Numbered from the stretch's first letter, positions 19,630 through 28,975 are shown. The stretch is 64,000 bases of DNA from an uncultured Actinomycetota bacterium (GCA_963816485.1 CAWFKU010000004.1:642454-706453), one strand, 5' to 3'. Translations and numbers: made by a program. The notes: generated by a model not told the origin, from the sequence alone.

Positions 19630-20213
19630 ACCGGTCGGCGCTCGCCGATGTTCGCGCAGGTAGTTCGATAAATGGGCAGGCGGGCTCGCACACCGTGATC
19701 ACTACGCATTAGTCAGTAACCGTTATGTAGTTTCGCGGTTTGCCCCACGCAAACCCTGAGTAGTGCTACGGTGACACTTCGTGTGGGGCTGACTGCAAGA
19801 CGTACCCCTTCCGCTACGTCTAGTCAGCAATCCATACGTAGCCGGTTGGACGAGGAGGGTTGCCTGTGCTGCCGGATCAGCTCCAGGGCCCCGGTGGGCC
19901 GTCACCTGCCCGCGCTGTCTGGGGGGCGGGTGGCGTTGCGCCTTGTGCGGCGTCCTGGCAGTCCGGCTGCTTGATCCTTGTACCCGGCAGCGGAACGGGT
20001 TCCGCTCCGGTGGCCACGGCTGGTGCGGCGCCGCATCTGGTCGTGGCCACCGGAACCCGAAGGTAGAACGGCGCGGCGCGACGAACAACGAAGCATTGGC
20101 ATGCACTATGTCAGTTACAGAATGTAGTTGCTTAGATACAAATCAATACATAGTACGGCAACGGGGGATCGGGGCTAGACGTCAGCGAAGTAGTAATTGA
20201 GCGAGGAGCGCAC
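19630..20213. other. Unusually long, locally AT-rich intergenic region with repeated GTCAG-N8-9-AYGTAG motifs and strong stem-loops (possible sRNA or complex regulatory region)
   Basis: Motif copies lie near 19710-19736, 19821-19845 and 20108-20132, with a looser copy near 20181-20197. There is a 12-bp perfect stem CCGGTGGCCACG/CGTGGCCACCGG at 20007-20053 and a hairpin AGCGGAAC-GG-GTTCCGCT at 19989-20006. No convincing ORF. Confidence 0.4.
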
Positions 20214-21128
20214 ATGCAGACGTGGGCGACACTGGCGGCGAAGCACGCCGCCCTTACCTCGGGTATCGGACTCGGTGCCATCCCGGCGATGGGGTGGGAC
20301 TCGCTGGACGGCGTCGCGGTGGGCGCGCTGCTGGCCGGAGTCGGATTCGCGGTCCTGAATTCCCCGCGGCGAGCGCAGAACTGCCAGCTCCCGCTGACGA
20401 CGTACGAGGCCGCCGGGCAGGCGCAGGCCAGCCGGGCGGCGCACGGGCGGCTCGCCAGGGTCAGGCGGCGGGTGGACGGAGTGCTCACCGGAATGCTCAG
20501 TGACGACTCTGGCCGGATGACGCCGGCTCTCGCGACCTGGCCGAGCCAGGCGCCGGAAGACCAGCGGCCATACGAGCAGCCGCCGCGTGAGCAGTCATCG
20601 GCCGGGCCGTCGCCGGCCGAGGACGCGTGGCCTGGTCTGGCCCCTGAGGAGCTGACGGCGGTATCCGCGCACGCCGAGCCCGCCACTGCGGATGCCGAGC
20701 CCACTGCGCACGCCGAGCCCGCCACTGCAATCGCCGAGCCCGCGGCAGCAGGCGCCGAGGCCGCGACGGACGCCGAGCCGGCCGCGGACGCCGAGCCGGC
20801 GGCACGCGCCGAGCCGGCCGCAGACGCCCAGCCGCCGGCTGACGAAGCGCCCAGGGCAATGGCCGGCTCGGTGGCGGACGCCGAGCCGCCTGCCCGCGCG
20901 TCCGACGAGGGATTCTGGGGCCCGGCCGAGCCAGGAAGCGCGGCCCCGGCCAGCGGCTACCGCAGCAGGCACCGCCTGGACGCGCCGGCCATGAGCGCTG
21001 CGCCTGCCGCGGGCGGCCGGTCCGGTCCCCGGCACGCTGCCCCGCGAGCCGGCTTCGGTGCCGCTCTCAGCCGCACCCTGACTAGCCCCAGGCTGACCAG
21101 CCGGTCCGCCGCCCACGCCGGCGGCTGA
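20214..21128 (+). CDS. Ala/Pro/Glu-rich repeat protein with N-terminal hydrophobic segment, unknown function
   Basis: ATG after GAGGAG. N-terminus GIGLGAIPAMGW...VAVGALLAGVGFAVL. The central region has 9-10 AEPA(A/T)(D/H)-type repeats. High GC3. Confidence 0.6.
   Translation: MQTWATLAAKHAALTSGIGLGAIPAMGWDSLDGVAVGALLAGVGFAVLNSPRRAQNCQLPLTTYEAAGQAQASRAAHGRLARVRRRVDGVLTGMLSDDSGRMTPALATWPSQAPEDQRPYEQPPREQSSAGPSPAEDAWPGLAPEELTAVSAHAEPATADAEPTAHAEPATAIAEPAAAGAEAATDAEPAADAEPAARAEPAADAQPPADEAPRAMAGSVADAEPPARASDEGFWGPAEPGSAAPASGYRSRHRLDAPAMSAAPAAGGRSGPRHAAPRAGFGAALSRTLTSPRLTSRSAAHAGG
20668..20845 (+). repeat. Imperfect 18-21-bp tandem repeats (GAC GCC GAG CCG GCC GCG type) inside the coding sequence
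   Basis: Direct reading shows about nine consecutive units encoding (D/H)AEPA(A/T). Confidence 0.8.
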
Positions 21129-21168
21129 CGACCAGCGCCGGTCACGCGACCTGGTCCGGCCATACCGA

Positions 21169-21399
21169 TCAGGTCCGCCAGAACTGGCCGCTAGCCGGCC
21201 CCGTCTTCGCGCTTGCCTGCCGGGGCCGGATAATCTTGCGGCGCAGGGTGGCCGTCCGGCTGCCGTCGGCCGCGAGGCGGAGCCTGGCCAGCTCCCAGTG
21301 CCCGTACTCGGCATGGTCCGTCAGGATCCGCCGCGCGACGTCCCTGGACGTTCCGCGCGGAAGATTGAGCACGAGGTAGGAGTACTCCGCCATCACCAC
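21169..21399 (-). CDS. Small conserved actinobacterial protein (DUF5703-like)
   Basis: MVMAEYSYLVLNLPRGTSRDVARRILTDHAEYGHWELARLRLAADGSR. I recall this family next to the M20 peptidase and topA in actinomycetes. Family name is from memory. Confidence 0.6.
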   Translation of the reverse strand: MVMAEYSYLVLNLPRGTSRDVARRILTDHAEYGHWELARLRLAADGSRTATLRRKIIRPRQASAKTGPASGQFWRT

Positions 21400-21559
21400 T
21401 TATTGTGCGCGACCGCGGCGGTGATTCAATCAGGTGCGAGGGAATCAGTTACCCGAAAGGCGTTTGGTGGATCAGATGAGCGATGTGATCGGACGCGCGG
21501 AGTCAGCCCGCCACCTAGGGTAGCCTCCTGGCGTCTGCGAGATGTGAGGTAGAGAAGGC

Positions 21560-24424
21560 GTGGCAGCAAGGACGAGCCCGGCAGGACGGAACGGCAAGGC
21601 GACCGCCGGTACCGCGGATAACGGTACCCGCAGGCTGGTCATCGTCGAGTCGCCGAACAAGGCCAGAACGATCGCCGGGTACCTCGGCAAGGGCTACGTC
21701 GTCGAGTCGAGCATCGGTCATATCCGCGATATGCCGGGTAGCGCCGCTGACATTCCGGACAACCTTCGCAAAGAGCCGTGGGCGAGGCTTGGCGTCAATA
21801 TCGACGCCGACTTCGAGCCGCTCTATGTGGTGAACGCCGACAAGCGCCAGCAGGTCAGCAAGCTCAAGAAGCTGCTGAAGGACGCCGACGAGCTCCTGCT
21901 CGCCACTGACGAGGACCGCGAGGGCGAGGCCATCGCCTGGCACCTGGTGCAGGAGCTCAAGCCCAAGGTGCCCACGAGGCGGATGGTGTTCCACGAAATT
22001 ACGCCTGAAGCGATCGCCGCGGCCGTCGCCAGCCCCCGCGAGATGGACAACGGCCTCGTCGAGGCGTACCAGACCCGCCGGGTTCTCGACCGGCTCTACG
22101 GCTACGAGGTCTCGCCCGTGCTGTGGAAGAAGGTCATGCCGCAGCTGTCGGCGGGCCGGGTCCAGTCGGTGGCGGTCAGGCTCGTGGTCGACCGGGAGAA
22201 GGAGCGGATCGCCTTCCGGCCGGCCCGCTACTGGGATCTCGAGGCCGAGTTCGCGCCCCGGCCCGCTGACCAGGACGCGACCTGGTTCGCCGCCACCCTG
22301 GTCGCCCTCGACGGCCGGCGGATCGCGCAGGGCCGCGACTTCGCCCCGACCGGAGAGCTGCGGTCCGCCGCCGCCGGCCAGGGTGCGGAGGACAAGCAGG
22401 GGGCACCGGTTCTGCATCTGGACGAGGCGGCCGCCGCCAGCCTGGCCGACCGGCTCAGCGGCGCTTCGTTCAATGTGAAATCGGTTGAACGCAAGCCCTA
22501 CCGTCGGTCGCCGTACGCGCCGTTCCGTACGACGACGCTGCAGCAGGAGGCCTCGCGCAAGCTCGGCTTCTCGGCCAAGTACACGATGCAGGTGGCGCAG
22601 CGCCTGTACGAGAACGGTCACATCACCTATATGCGGACGGACTCGGTGACGCTGTCCCAGACGGCGATCACTGCGGCCAGGGCGCAGGCACGCGAGCTCT
22701 ACGGCCCCGAGTACATCCCGGACACCCCGCGGACCTACGTCAGCAAGGTGAAGAGCGCGCAGGAGGCGCACGAGGCGATCAGGCCGGCCGGCGACAGGTT
22801 CCGCACCCCGGCGAGCGCCGGCATCTCAGGTGACGAGCTGCGGCTGTACGAGCTGGTCTGGAAGCGCACGGTCGCCTCGCAGATGAAGGACGCGGTCGGG
22901 GAGTCCGTCTCGGTCCGGGTCGCCGGCCGGTCGACGGCGGGCGAGGAGGCCGAGTTCGGCGCCTCCGGCAAGATCATCACCTTCTACGGCTTCCTCAAAG
23001 CCTATGTCGAGGAGGTCGAGGAGGGCGACGGTACCGACCGGGACGACCGCGAGCGCAGGCTCCCGCCGCTGGCCGAGAACGACCCGCTGGCCCACCGGAA
23101 CCTGCACCCGGCCGACCACGCGACCAGGCCGCCGGCCAGGTACACGGAAGCGTCGCTGATCAAGGAACTGGAAGACCGCGAGATCGGGCGGCCGTCGACG
23201 TACGCGTCGATCATCGGCACGATCCTGGACCGCGGCTACGTGTTCAAGAAGGGCACCGCGCTGGTGCCCTCGTTCGTCGCCTTCGCGGTCGTCAACCTGC
23301 TCGAGCGGCACTTCACCCACCTGGTCGACTACGAGTTCACGGCCAGCATGGAGGAGGCGCTGGACGAGATCGCCAGGGGCGAGGCGGGCCGGGTGCCGTG
23401 GCTGCGCCGGTTCTACTTCGGCGCCGACGCTCCCGCGGGCGGCGACGGTCACCGGGAGGAAGGCCTCAAGGACCTGGTCAGCGATCTCGGCGACATCGAC
23501 GCCAGGGACGTGAGCTCGTTCCCGCTGGCCGGTACCGACATCGTGATCAGGGTCGGCCGGTACGGGCCGTACCTGGAGCGCGACGGCGAGCGCGTGAACG
23601 TCCCCGAGGGGACGGCGCCGGACGAGCTGACGCCGGAGTACGCCAGCGAGCTGTTCTCCCGGCCGAGCGGCGACAAGATCCTCGGCACGGACCCCGGCAG
23701 CGGGCTGACCATCGTCGCGCGGGCCGGCCGGTTCGGCCCGTATGTCACCGAGGTGTTGGAGCAGGACGCGGCGTCGGCGGCCAAGCCGAGGACGGCCTCG
23801 CTGCTGAAGGCGATGGACCTGGACAGCGTCACGCTGGACGAGGCGCTGCGGCTGCTCACCCTGCCGAGGACGATCGGCGAGATCGACGGCGAGCAGGTCA
23901 CCGTGCAGAACGGCCGCTACGGGCCGTACGTCAAGAAGGGCACGGACAGCCGGTCGCTCGAGTCGGACGAGCAGCTGTTCACGCTGACGCTTGACCAGGC
24001 CACGGAACTGTTCGCGCAGCCCAAGCAGCGTGGCCGGGGCGCGCGGGCGGCGGCGGCGCCGCCGCTGCGCGAGCTGGGCGACGACAGCGCGAGCGGCAAG
24101 CCGATCGTGCTGCGGGAGGGCCGGTTCGGGCCGTACGTGACCGACGGCGAGACGAACGCGTCGCTGCGCAAGGGCGACGCGCCCGAGTCGATCACCCTGC
24201 AGCGAGCCATCGAGCTGCTGGCTGAGCGCCGGGCCGCGGCTCCGGCGCCGAAGCGGCGCGCGGCGACGGCCAGGAAGCCGGCGGCAGCTTCGGCTAAGAA
24301 GACGCCCGCCAAGAAGCCGGCGGCAGCCAAGAAGACTACGACGGCTAAGGCCACGACGGCCAAGAAGACCACGTCGCGGTCGGGCCCGTCCCGGCCGGGA
24401 ACGGGCAGCCAGGAAGCCGGCTGA
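21560..24424 (+). CDS. topA: DNA topoisomerase I (type IA) with lysine-rich C-terminal tail
   Basis: GTG start. LVIVESPNKARTIAGYLG (Toprim), ATDEDREGEAIAWH, the active-site region GHITYMRTDS, and repeated GRFGPYV/GRYGPYV C-terminal modules. The tail reads KKTPAKKPAAAKKTTTAKATTAKKTT. Confidence 0.95.
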   Translation: MAARTSPAGRNGKATAGTADNGTRRLVIVESPNKARTIAGYLGKGYVVESSIGHIRDMPGSAADIPDNLRKEPWARLGVNIDADFEPLYVVNADKRQQVSKLKKLLKDADELLLATDEDREGEAIAWHLVQELKPKVPTRRMVFHEITPEAIAAAVASPREMDNGLVEAYQTRRVLDRLYGYEVSPVLWKKVMPQLSAGRVQSVAVRLVVDREKERIAFRPARYWDLEAEFAPRPADQDATWFAATLVALDGRRIAQGRDFAPTGELRSAAAGQGAEDKQGAPVLHLDEAAAASLADRLSGASFNVKSVERKPYRRSPYAPFRTTTLQQEASRKLGFSAKYTMQVAQRLYENGHITYMRTDSVTLSQTAITAARAQARELYGPEYIPDTPRTYVSKVKSAQEAHEAIRPAGDRFRTPASAGISGDELRLYELVWKRTVASQMKDAVGESVSVRVAGRSTAGEEAEFGASGKIITFYGFLKAYVEEVEEGDGTDRDDRERRLPPLAENDPLAHRNLHPADHATRPPARYTEASLIKELEDREIGRPSTYASIIGTILDRGYVFKKGTALVPSFVAFAVVNLLERHFTHLVDYEFTASMEEALDEIARGEAGRVPWLRRFYFGADAPAGGDGHREEGLKDLVSDLGDIDARDVSSFPLAGTDIVIRVGRYGPYLERDGERVNVPEGTAPDELTPEYASELFSRPSGDKILGTDPGSGLTIVARAGRFGPYVTEVLEQDAASAAKPRTASLLKAMDLDSVTLDEALRLLTLPRTIGEIDGEQVTVQNGRYGPYVKKGTDSRSLESDEQLFTLTLDQATELFAQPKQRGRGARAAAAPPLRELGDDSASGKPIVLREGRFGPYVTDGETNASLRKGDAPESITLQRAIELLAERRAAAPAPKRRAATARKPAAASAKKTPAKKPAAAKKTTTAKATTAKKTTSRSGPSRPGTGSQEAG

Positions 24425-24477
24425 CAACCACGTTCCGTCGGCCAGCGGCGCTGCCCCAGTCTCGATAGCCTTGCACA

Positions 24478-26661
24478 ATGAGCCTTAGGTCCGCATTCGG
24501 GCAGCACCAGGACGGCGTGCTGTCGATCAGGCCCTTCAGGCGGCTGTGGATCGCGACCTCACTGTCCAGCCTGGGGGACTGGCTGAGCCTGCTCGCGCTG
24601 TCCGCGCTGGCCTACTCGCTGACGGGCAGGCATGTCCAGGCGACCGCCGGCGCGATCGCCGTCAGCGGCGTCTGGATCACCTCGCTGCTGCCTTACCTGC
24701 TCTTCGGGCCGCTGGCCGGCGCCGTAGCCGACCGGCTCGACCGCCGGATGAACCTGGTGATCGGCGACGTGGTCAGGGCGGTCCTGTACCTGTCCATCCC
24801 GCTGAACCTGATCTTCGGCTTCGCCAACAAGCTGACCTGGCTCTATGTCGCCCAATTCCTGGCCTGCTGCGCCTCGCTGTTCTGGACCCCGGCCAAGGAC
24901 GCGTCGATACCGAACCTGGTGCCGCCGGACAAGCTCGAGCAGGCCAACCAGTACAGCCTGCTGACCACGTACGGGACGGCGCCGGTCGCCTCGCTGCTGT
25001 TCGTCGTGCTGGCGGCGATCAGCAGCGGCCTGGCCGAGAGCAGGCTCAGCTATTTCGGCAACCCGGCCACCGGCCAGGTCAGCCTGGCGCTGTACTTCAA
25101 CGTGGTCACGTTCGTGATCTCCGCGGTGGCCTGCTACTCGCTCAGGGAACTGCCCCGCCGCCGGGCGGGCGACGCGATCTCGGTTCCCTCGGTGGCCAAG
25201 TCGATCTGGGAAGGGTGGCGGTTCGTCGGCCAGAACCGGGTCGTCCGCGGTATCACGATCGGCATGATCGGCGCGTTCGCGGGGGCCGGTGCGGTCGTCG
25301 GCCTCGGCTATGTGTACGTGAAGGGGACGCTGAAGGGCGGGTCTGCGGGCTGGGGCCTGGTGTTCGCGGCCATCTTCGTCGGGCTGGCCGTCGGCATGTC
25401 AGCTGGGGTCCGGGTGCTCGGCCAGTTCAGCAGGCGTCGGCTGTTCGGCCTGGCCATCGCGGCGGCCGGCATCCCGCTGGCCCTGATCGGGCTGATCCCC
25501 AACCTGCCGGTCGTGGTGTTCCTCGTCGTCGTGCTCGGAATCCTGGCCGGAATGGCCTACGTGACCGGCTATACGATCATCGGCCGCGAGGTCGACGACG
25601 ACACTCGCGGCCGGACGTTCGCCTTCCTGCAGTCGGCCCTGCGGGTCGTGATGTTCGCGGTGATCGCGATCGCCGGTGCGCTCGCCGGCGGCGTCACCTC
25701 GCTGGTCGGCCGGCTCTCCGGGTCAGACAACCTGTCGATCGGCACGGTGAAGTACGTGGCAGTGGGCAACAACGTGGTGCTGCTGCTCGCCGCCGTCGTG
25801 GCGATGGTGCTCGGCTTCACCTCCTACCGGCAGATGGATGACCGGCCTGGTGTGCCGCTGCTCGCCGACCTGGCGGCCGCCGTCCGCGGGAGGTCGGCGC
25901 CATACGAGCCCGATGCGGCCGGCGGCGATGGCGGCGCCGGCCGATACGCCGACGGCAGTCTGGCCGACCTGGCGGCCAGCCGCCCGCCGGGTCACGGCCT
26001 GCTGATCGCGTTCGAGGGCGGCGAGGGGGCCGGCAAGTCGACCCAGGCCAGGCTGCTCGCGATCTGGCTGCGCGAGAACGGCTACGACGTGCTCGCGACG
26101 CACGAGCCAGGTGCCACCAAGATCGGCATGCGGCTCCGCGCGCTGCTGCTCGACACCGCCCACACCGGCCTGTCACCCTGGGCCGAGGTGATGATGTACG
26201 CGGCGGACCGGGCCGAGCACGTGGCCAGCGTGATCAGCCCGGCGCTGGCCAGGGGGACGATCGTGGTGACCGACCGGTACGTCGACTCGACGCTGGCCTA
26301 CCAGGGCGGCGGGCGCCAGCTCCCCTTCAACGCGATCCGGCGGGTCAACGAGCTGGCCACCGGTGGCCTGGTGCCCCACCTGACGTTCCTGCTCGACCTG
26401 CCGCCGTCCGCCGGGCTGGGCCGCCGGGCGAGCTCAGCGGACCGGCTCGAGGCCGAGCCCGAGGAGTTTCACGACCGGGTTAGGGACGCGTTCCTCGGTC
26501 TGGCCAAGGACGACCCCGACCGGTACCTCGTGCTCGACGCCACCATGGAGCCCTCGCAGATCAGCCGGGCCGTCCAGGCCGCGGTGCGGGACCGGCTGCC
26601 CGACCCGGTGCCCGAGCGGGCCGAGGAGATCACGGGCTCCATCCCGGTGATCCGCGAATGA
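24478..26661 (+). CDS. tmk: MFS-type membrane domain fused to thymidylate kinase (dTMP kinase)
   Basis: The N-terminal ~470 aa is polytopic. The C-terminus reads LLIAFEGGEGAGKSTQARLLAIWLRENGYDVLATHEPG...DRYVDSTLAYQGGGR. Confidence 0.85.
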   Translation: MSLRSAFGQHQDGVLSIRPFRRLWIATSLSSLGDWLSLLALSALAYSLTGRHVQATAGAIAVSGVWITSLLPYLLFGPLAGAVADRLDRRMNLVIGDVVRAVLYLSIPLNLIFGFANKLTWLYVAQFLACCASLFWTPAKDASIPNLVPPDKLEQANQYSLLTTYGTAPVASLLFVVLAAISSGLAESRLSYFGNPATGQVSLALYFNVVTFVISAVACYSLRELPRRRAGDAISVPSVAKSIWEGWRFVGQNRVVRGITIGMIGAFAGAGAVVGLGYVYVKGTLKGGSAGWGLVFAAIFVGLAVGMSAGVRVLGQFSRRRLFGLAIAAAGIPLALIGLIPNLPVVVFLVVVLGILAGMAYVTGYTIIGREVDDDTRGRTFAFLQSALRVVMFAVIAIAGALAGGVTSLVGRLSGSDNLSIGTVKYVAVGNNVVLLLAAVVAMVLGFTSYRQMDDRPGVPLLADLAAAVRGRSAPYEPDAAGGDGGAGRYADGSLADLAASRPPGHGLLIAFEGGEGAGKSTQARLLAIWLRENGYDVLATHEPGATKIGMRLRALLLDTAHTGLSPWAEVMMYAADRAEHVASVISPALARGTIVVTDRYVDSTLAYQGGGRQLPFNAIRRVNELATGGLVPHLTFLLDLPPSAGLGRRASSADRLEAEPEEFHDRVRDAFLGLAKDDPDRYLVLDATMEPSQISRAVQAAVRDRLPDPVPERAEEITGSIPVIRE

Positions 26662-27824
26662 CCCCGTGGGCCGTGTTCGGCCAGCTAGCCGGCCAGGAGA
26701 CCGTCGTCGAGCAGTTGCGGGCGGCGGCCGACGGACGGGGCGGCCTGACGCACGCCTGGCTCTTCACCGGGCCGCCCGGCTCGGGACGATCGGTCGCCGC
26801 CCGTGCCTTCGCGGCGGCGCTGCTCTGCCACGACCAGGGCTGCGGCGAATGCGCGAGCTGCCATCAGGTCGCCGTCGGCGCCCATGCCGACCTGCTGCTG
26901 ATCCGGCCGGACGGGCTCTCCTACGGGGTCCGGCAGACCAGGGAGCTGGTGCTCAAGGCGTCCGCCTCCCCGGTGTACGGCGGCTGGCGGATCGTGCTGT
27001 TCGAAGACGCCGACCGGGCGACCGAGCAGGCGGCAAACGCGCTGCTCAAGGCTATCGAGGAGCCGCCGCCGCGGACCATCTGGCTGCTCTGCGCGCCGTC
27101 GGCGGCCGACCTGCCGACGACGATCAGGTCCCGGTGCAGGCTGATCACGCTGCGGACCCCGCCGACGGCGGCCGTGGCCGCCATCCTCGAGCGGGAGGGC
27201 GTCAGTCCGGAGGCCGCGCTCGACGCGGCACGTGCCTCGCTCGGCCACATCGGCCGCGCCCGCCGGCTGGCGACTGACCCCGACACCGCCCGGCACCGGG
27301 CCGAGGTCCTCTCGGTGCCGCTCCGGGTCACCGGCCTGGCCGAGGCCTTCGCGGCCGCCGCCGCTCTGGAGAAGGCGGCCAAGGCCGAGGGAACGGCGAC
27401 GAAGGAGGCGCTCGACGAGCCCGAGCGCGAGGCGCTCAGGCGGGCGTTCGGCGAGGGTTCCACGGGGAAGGGCGTCGCGGCCGCGATCAGGGGCTCGGCG
27501 GGCGCCATGAAGGACCTGGAGGCGCGGCAGAAGTCTCGTGCGACCAGGATCGAGCGGGATGCTCTTGACCTCGCGCTGCTCGATCTGGCGGCGTTCTACC
27601 GGGACGTGCTCGCGATCCAGTTCGGGGCCGACGTGGAGCTGGCGAACGCGTCCAGGGAGCCCGACCTGCGCCGGATCGCCGAATCCTCGACACCGCGGAT
27701 CACGGTGCGCCGGATTGAGGCCATCATGCTCTGCCGGGAGCGGCTGGCCGCCAGTGTCGCCCCGCTGCTCGCCGTCGAAGAGCTGGCACTCGCCCTGGCC
27801 AGCCGCCCCTCCGTCCTCGCCTGA
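26658..27824 (+). CDS. holB: DNA polymerase III subunit delta prime
   Basis: HAWLFTGPPGSGRSVAARAFAAALLC..GCGECASC.., ANALLKAIEEPP, and TIRSRC. 4-nt overlap with tmk. Confidence 0.9.
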   Translation: MTPWAVFGQLAGQETVVEQLRAAADGRGGLTHAWLFTGPPGSGRSVAARAFAAALLCHDQGCGECASCHQVAVGAHADLLLIRPDGLSYGVRQTRELVLKASASPVYGGWRIVLFEDADRATEQAANALLKAIEEPPPRTIWLLCAPSAADLPTTIRSRCRLITLRTPPTAAVAAILEREGVSPEAALDAARASLGHIGRARRLATDPDTARHRAEVLSVPLRVTGLAEAFAAAAALEKAAKAEGTATKEALDEPEREALRRAFGEGSTGKGVAAAIRGSAGAMKDLEARQKSRATRIERDALDLALLDLAAFYRDVLAIQFGADVELANASREPDLRRIAESSTPRITVRRIEAIMLCRERLAASVAPLLAVEELALALASRPSVLA

Positions 27825-27865
27825 CGCCGCCCCCCGTCCGGCCGCCCCTCCGCGGCTTACGCTTC

Positions 27866-27918
27866 CATGATCACGGAGACTTCCCGGTCGTCAGTGCTGT
27901 CAAGTCTCCGTGATCATG
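27866..27918 (+). terminator. 17-bp perfect inverted repeat (hairpin) downstream of holB
   Basis: CATGATCACGGAGACTT (27866-27882) and AAGTCTCCGTGATCATG (27902-27918) with a 19-nt loop. No U-tract follows. Confidence 0.4.
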
Positions 27919-28094
27919 AAGATCGTCGGTCGAGCGGAGGCCGACCGGGCCCGAACGCCGGGTTTGCGTCCGCGGCCTGGTAGCGGGCGCCGAGGCCGGC
28001 CAGCCCGCCGGGATGAAGGGCGTACGCTCCGTTAACGGACAAAGAACGGTTCCCGATCTAACGGATTGCCGTGATCTGGCCGTAACCTTAGACG

Positions 28095-28943
28095 GTGCCG
28101 ATGATGATGGCGGTGAGCTTCGAGCGGCGTGGCCAGCTGCATTACCTGGACCCCGGGTCGCACCGGCCGGCCGTGGGCGACAAGGTACTTGTCCCGACCG
28201 ATACCGGGCCGGAGGTCGCCGAGTGCATCTGGGCGCCGCAGTGGATCGACGACGACATCGGCGGCCTGCCGGTCTGCGAAGGGCTGGCGACGGAGGCTGA
28301 CCTCGCGCGGGCCGAGGGGAACCGGGCCAGGCGGGCCGAGGCCAAGGTGGTGGCGCGGCGGCTGGTACGCGAGCACGACCTGCCGATGAAGGTCATCGCG
28401 GTGGACTATATCTCCGCCGCGCAGCAGCTGATCATCTACTTCAGCGCGCCGCGCCGGGTCGACTTCCGGGCCCTGGTCCGCGATCTGACCGGGCGGTTGC
28501 GCGCGAAGGTCGAGCTGCGCCAGGTCGGGCCGAGGGACGAGGCCAGGCTGCAGGGCGGCATCGGGCCCTGCGGGCGGGACCTGTGCTGTTCCACGTTCCT
28601 CAAGGACTTCGAACCGGTAACGATCAGGATGGCCAAGGACCAGGACCTTCCGGTCAACCCGATGAGGATCGCCGGCGCGTGCGGCCGTCTGATGTGCTGC
28701 CTGAAGTACGAGCACCCGCTGTACGTCGACTTCCGGGCCCGCGCGCCGAAGCTGGGCGCCTCGGTCGAGTCGCCGGAGGGTGCCGGTGTGGTCGTCGGGT
28801 ACAGCGTTCCGGCCGATCAGGTGATCGTGAAGGTCGCCGAGACCGGCTCTCGCTGCGCCTGCCCGAGAGCGAGCGTCTGCGGGTCCCGGCAGGCCTACGA
28901 AGCTACCCATGGCCGGAAGCGAGAACTGCCCGGCGACCGGTAG
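28095..28943 (+). CDS. PSP1 domain protein (RicT/YaaT-like)
   Basis: GDKVLVPTDTGPEVAECIW...MKVIAVDYISAAQQLIIYFSAPRRVDFRALVRDL...LRQVGPRDEARLQGGIGPCGRDLCCSTFL. Start is GTG 28095 or ATG 28101. Confidence 0.85.
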   Translation: MPMMMAVSFERRGQLHYLDPGSHRPAVGDKVLVPTDTGPEVAECIWAPQWIDDDIGGLPVCEGLATEADLARAEGNRARRAEAKVVARRLVREHDLPMKVIAVDYISAAQQLIIYFSAPRRVDFRALVRDLTGRLRAKVELRQVGPRDEARLQGGIGPCGRDLCCSTFLKDFEPVTIRMAKDQDLPVNPMRIAGACGRLMCCLKYEHPLYVDFRARAPKLGASVESPEGAGVVVGYSVPADQVIVKVAETGSRCACPRASVCGSRQAYEATHGRKRELPGDR

Positions 28944-28975
28944 ACTCTCTGAGCCGCCGCCTTCTGGGCCGGCGC

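Noticed and set aside
19860-20066. Small ORF (TTG 19860 / GTG 19866, ~66 aa) preceded by GAGGAGGG in the odd intergenic region. Considered as a small secreted or RiPP-like peptide
   Set aside because: Third-position GC is only about 70%, versus over 90% in neighbouring genes. The ORF coincides with the strong stem-loops, and the composition is Gly/Ala/Pro-rich. It is more likely non-coding structure, and is kept only as part of the regional finding.
19700-20200. Possibility that this region encodes tmRNA, RNase P RNA, SRP RNA or 6S RNA
   Set aside because: GGGGCTGA occurs at 19785, but there is no tRNA-like 3' end (..TTCGATTCC..CCACCA). There is also no GAGGAAAGTCCGG (RNase P) and no SRP GGAA/AGCA domain IV motif. 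I cannot exclude an uncharacterised sRNA.
21515-24478. Very long minus-strand ORFs (21515..22771, 22826..24478, 23917..24507) antisense to topA
   Set aside because: Arg/Pro/Gly-rich translations without recognisable motifs. They are typical shadow ORFs of high-GC DNA opposite a confidently identified gene. The same reasoning applies to 9303..10523 (+), 11360..12511 (-), 28032..28910 (-), 40582..41388 (+), 41895..43013 (+), 58040..58720 (+) and similar.
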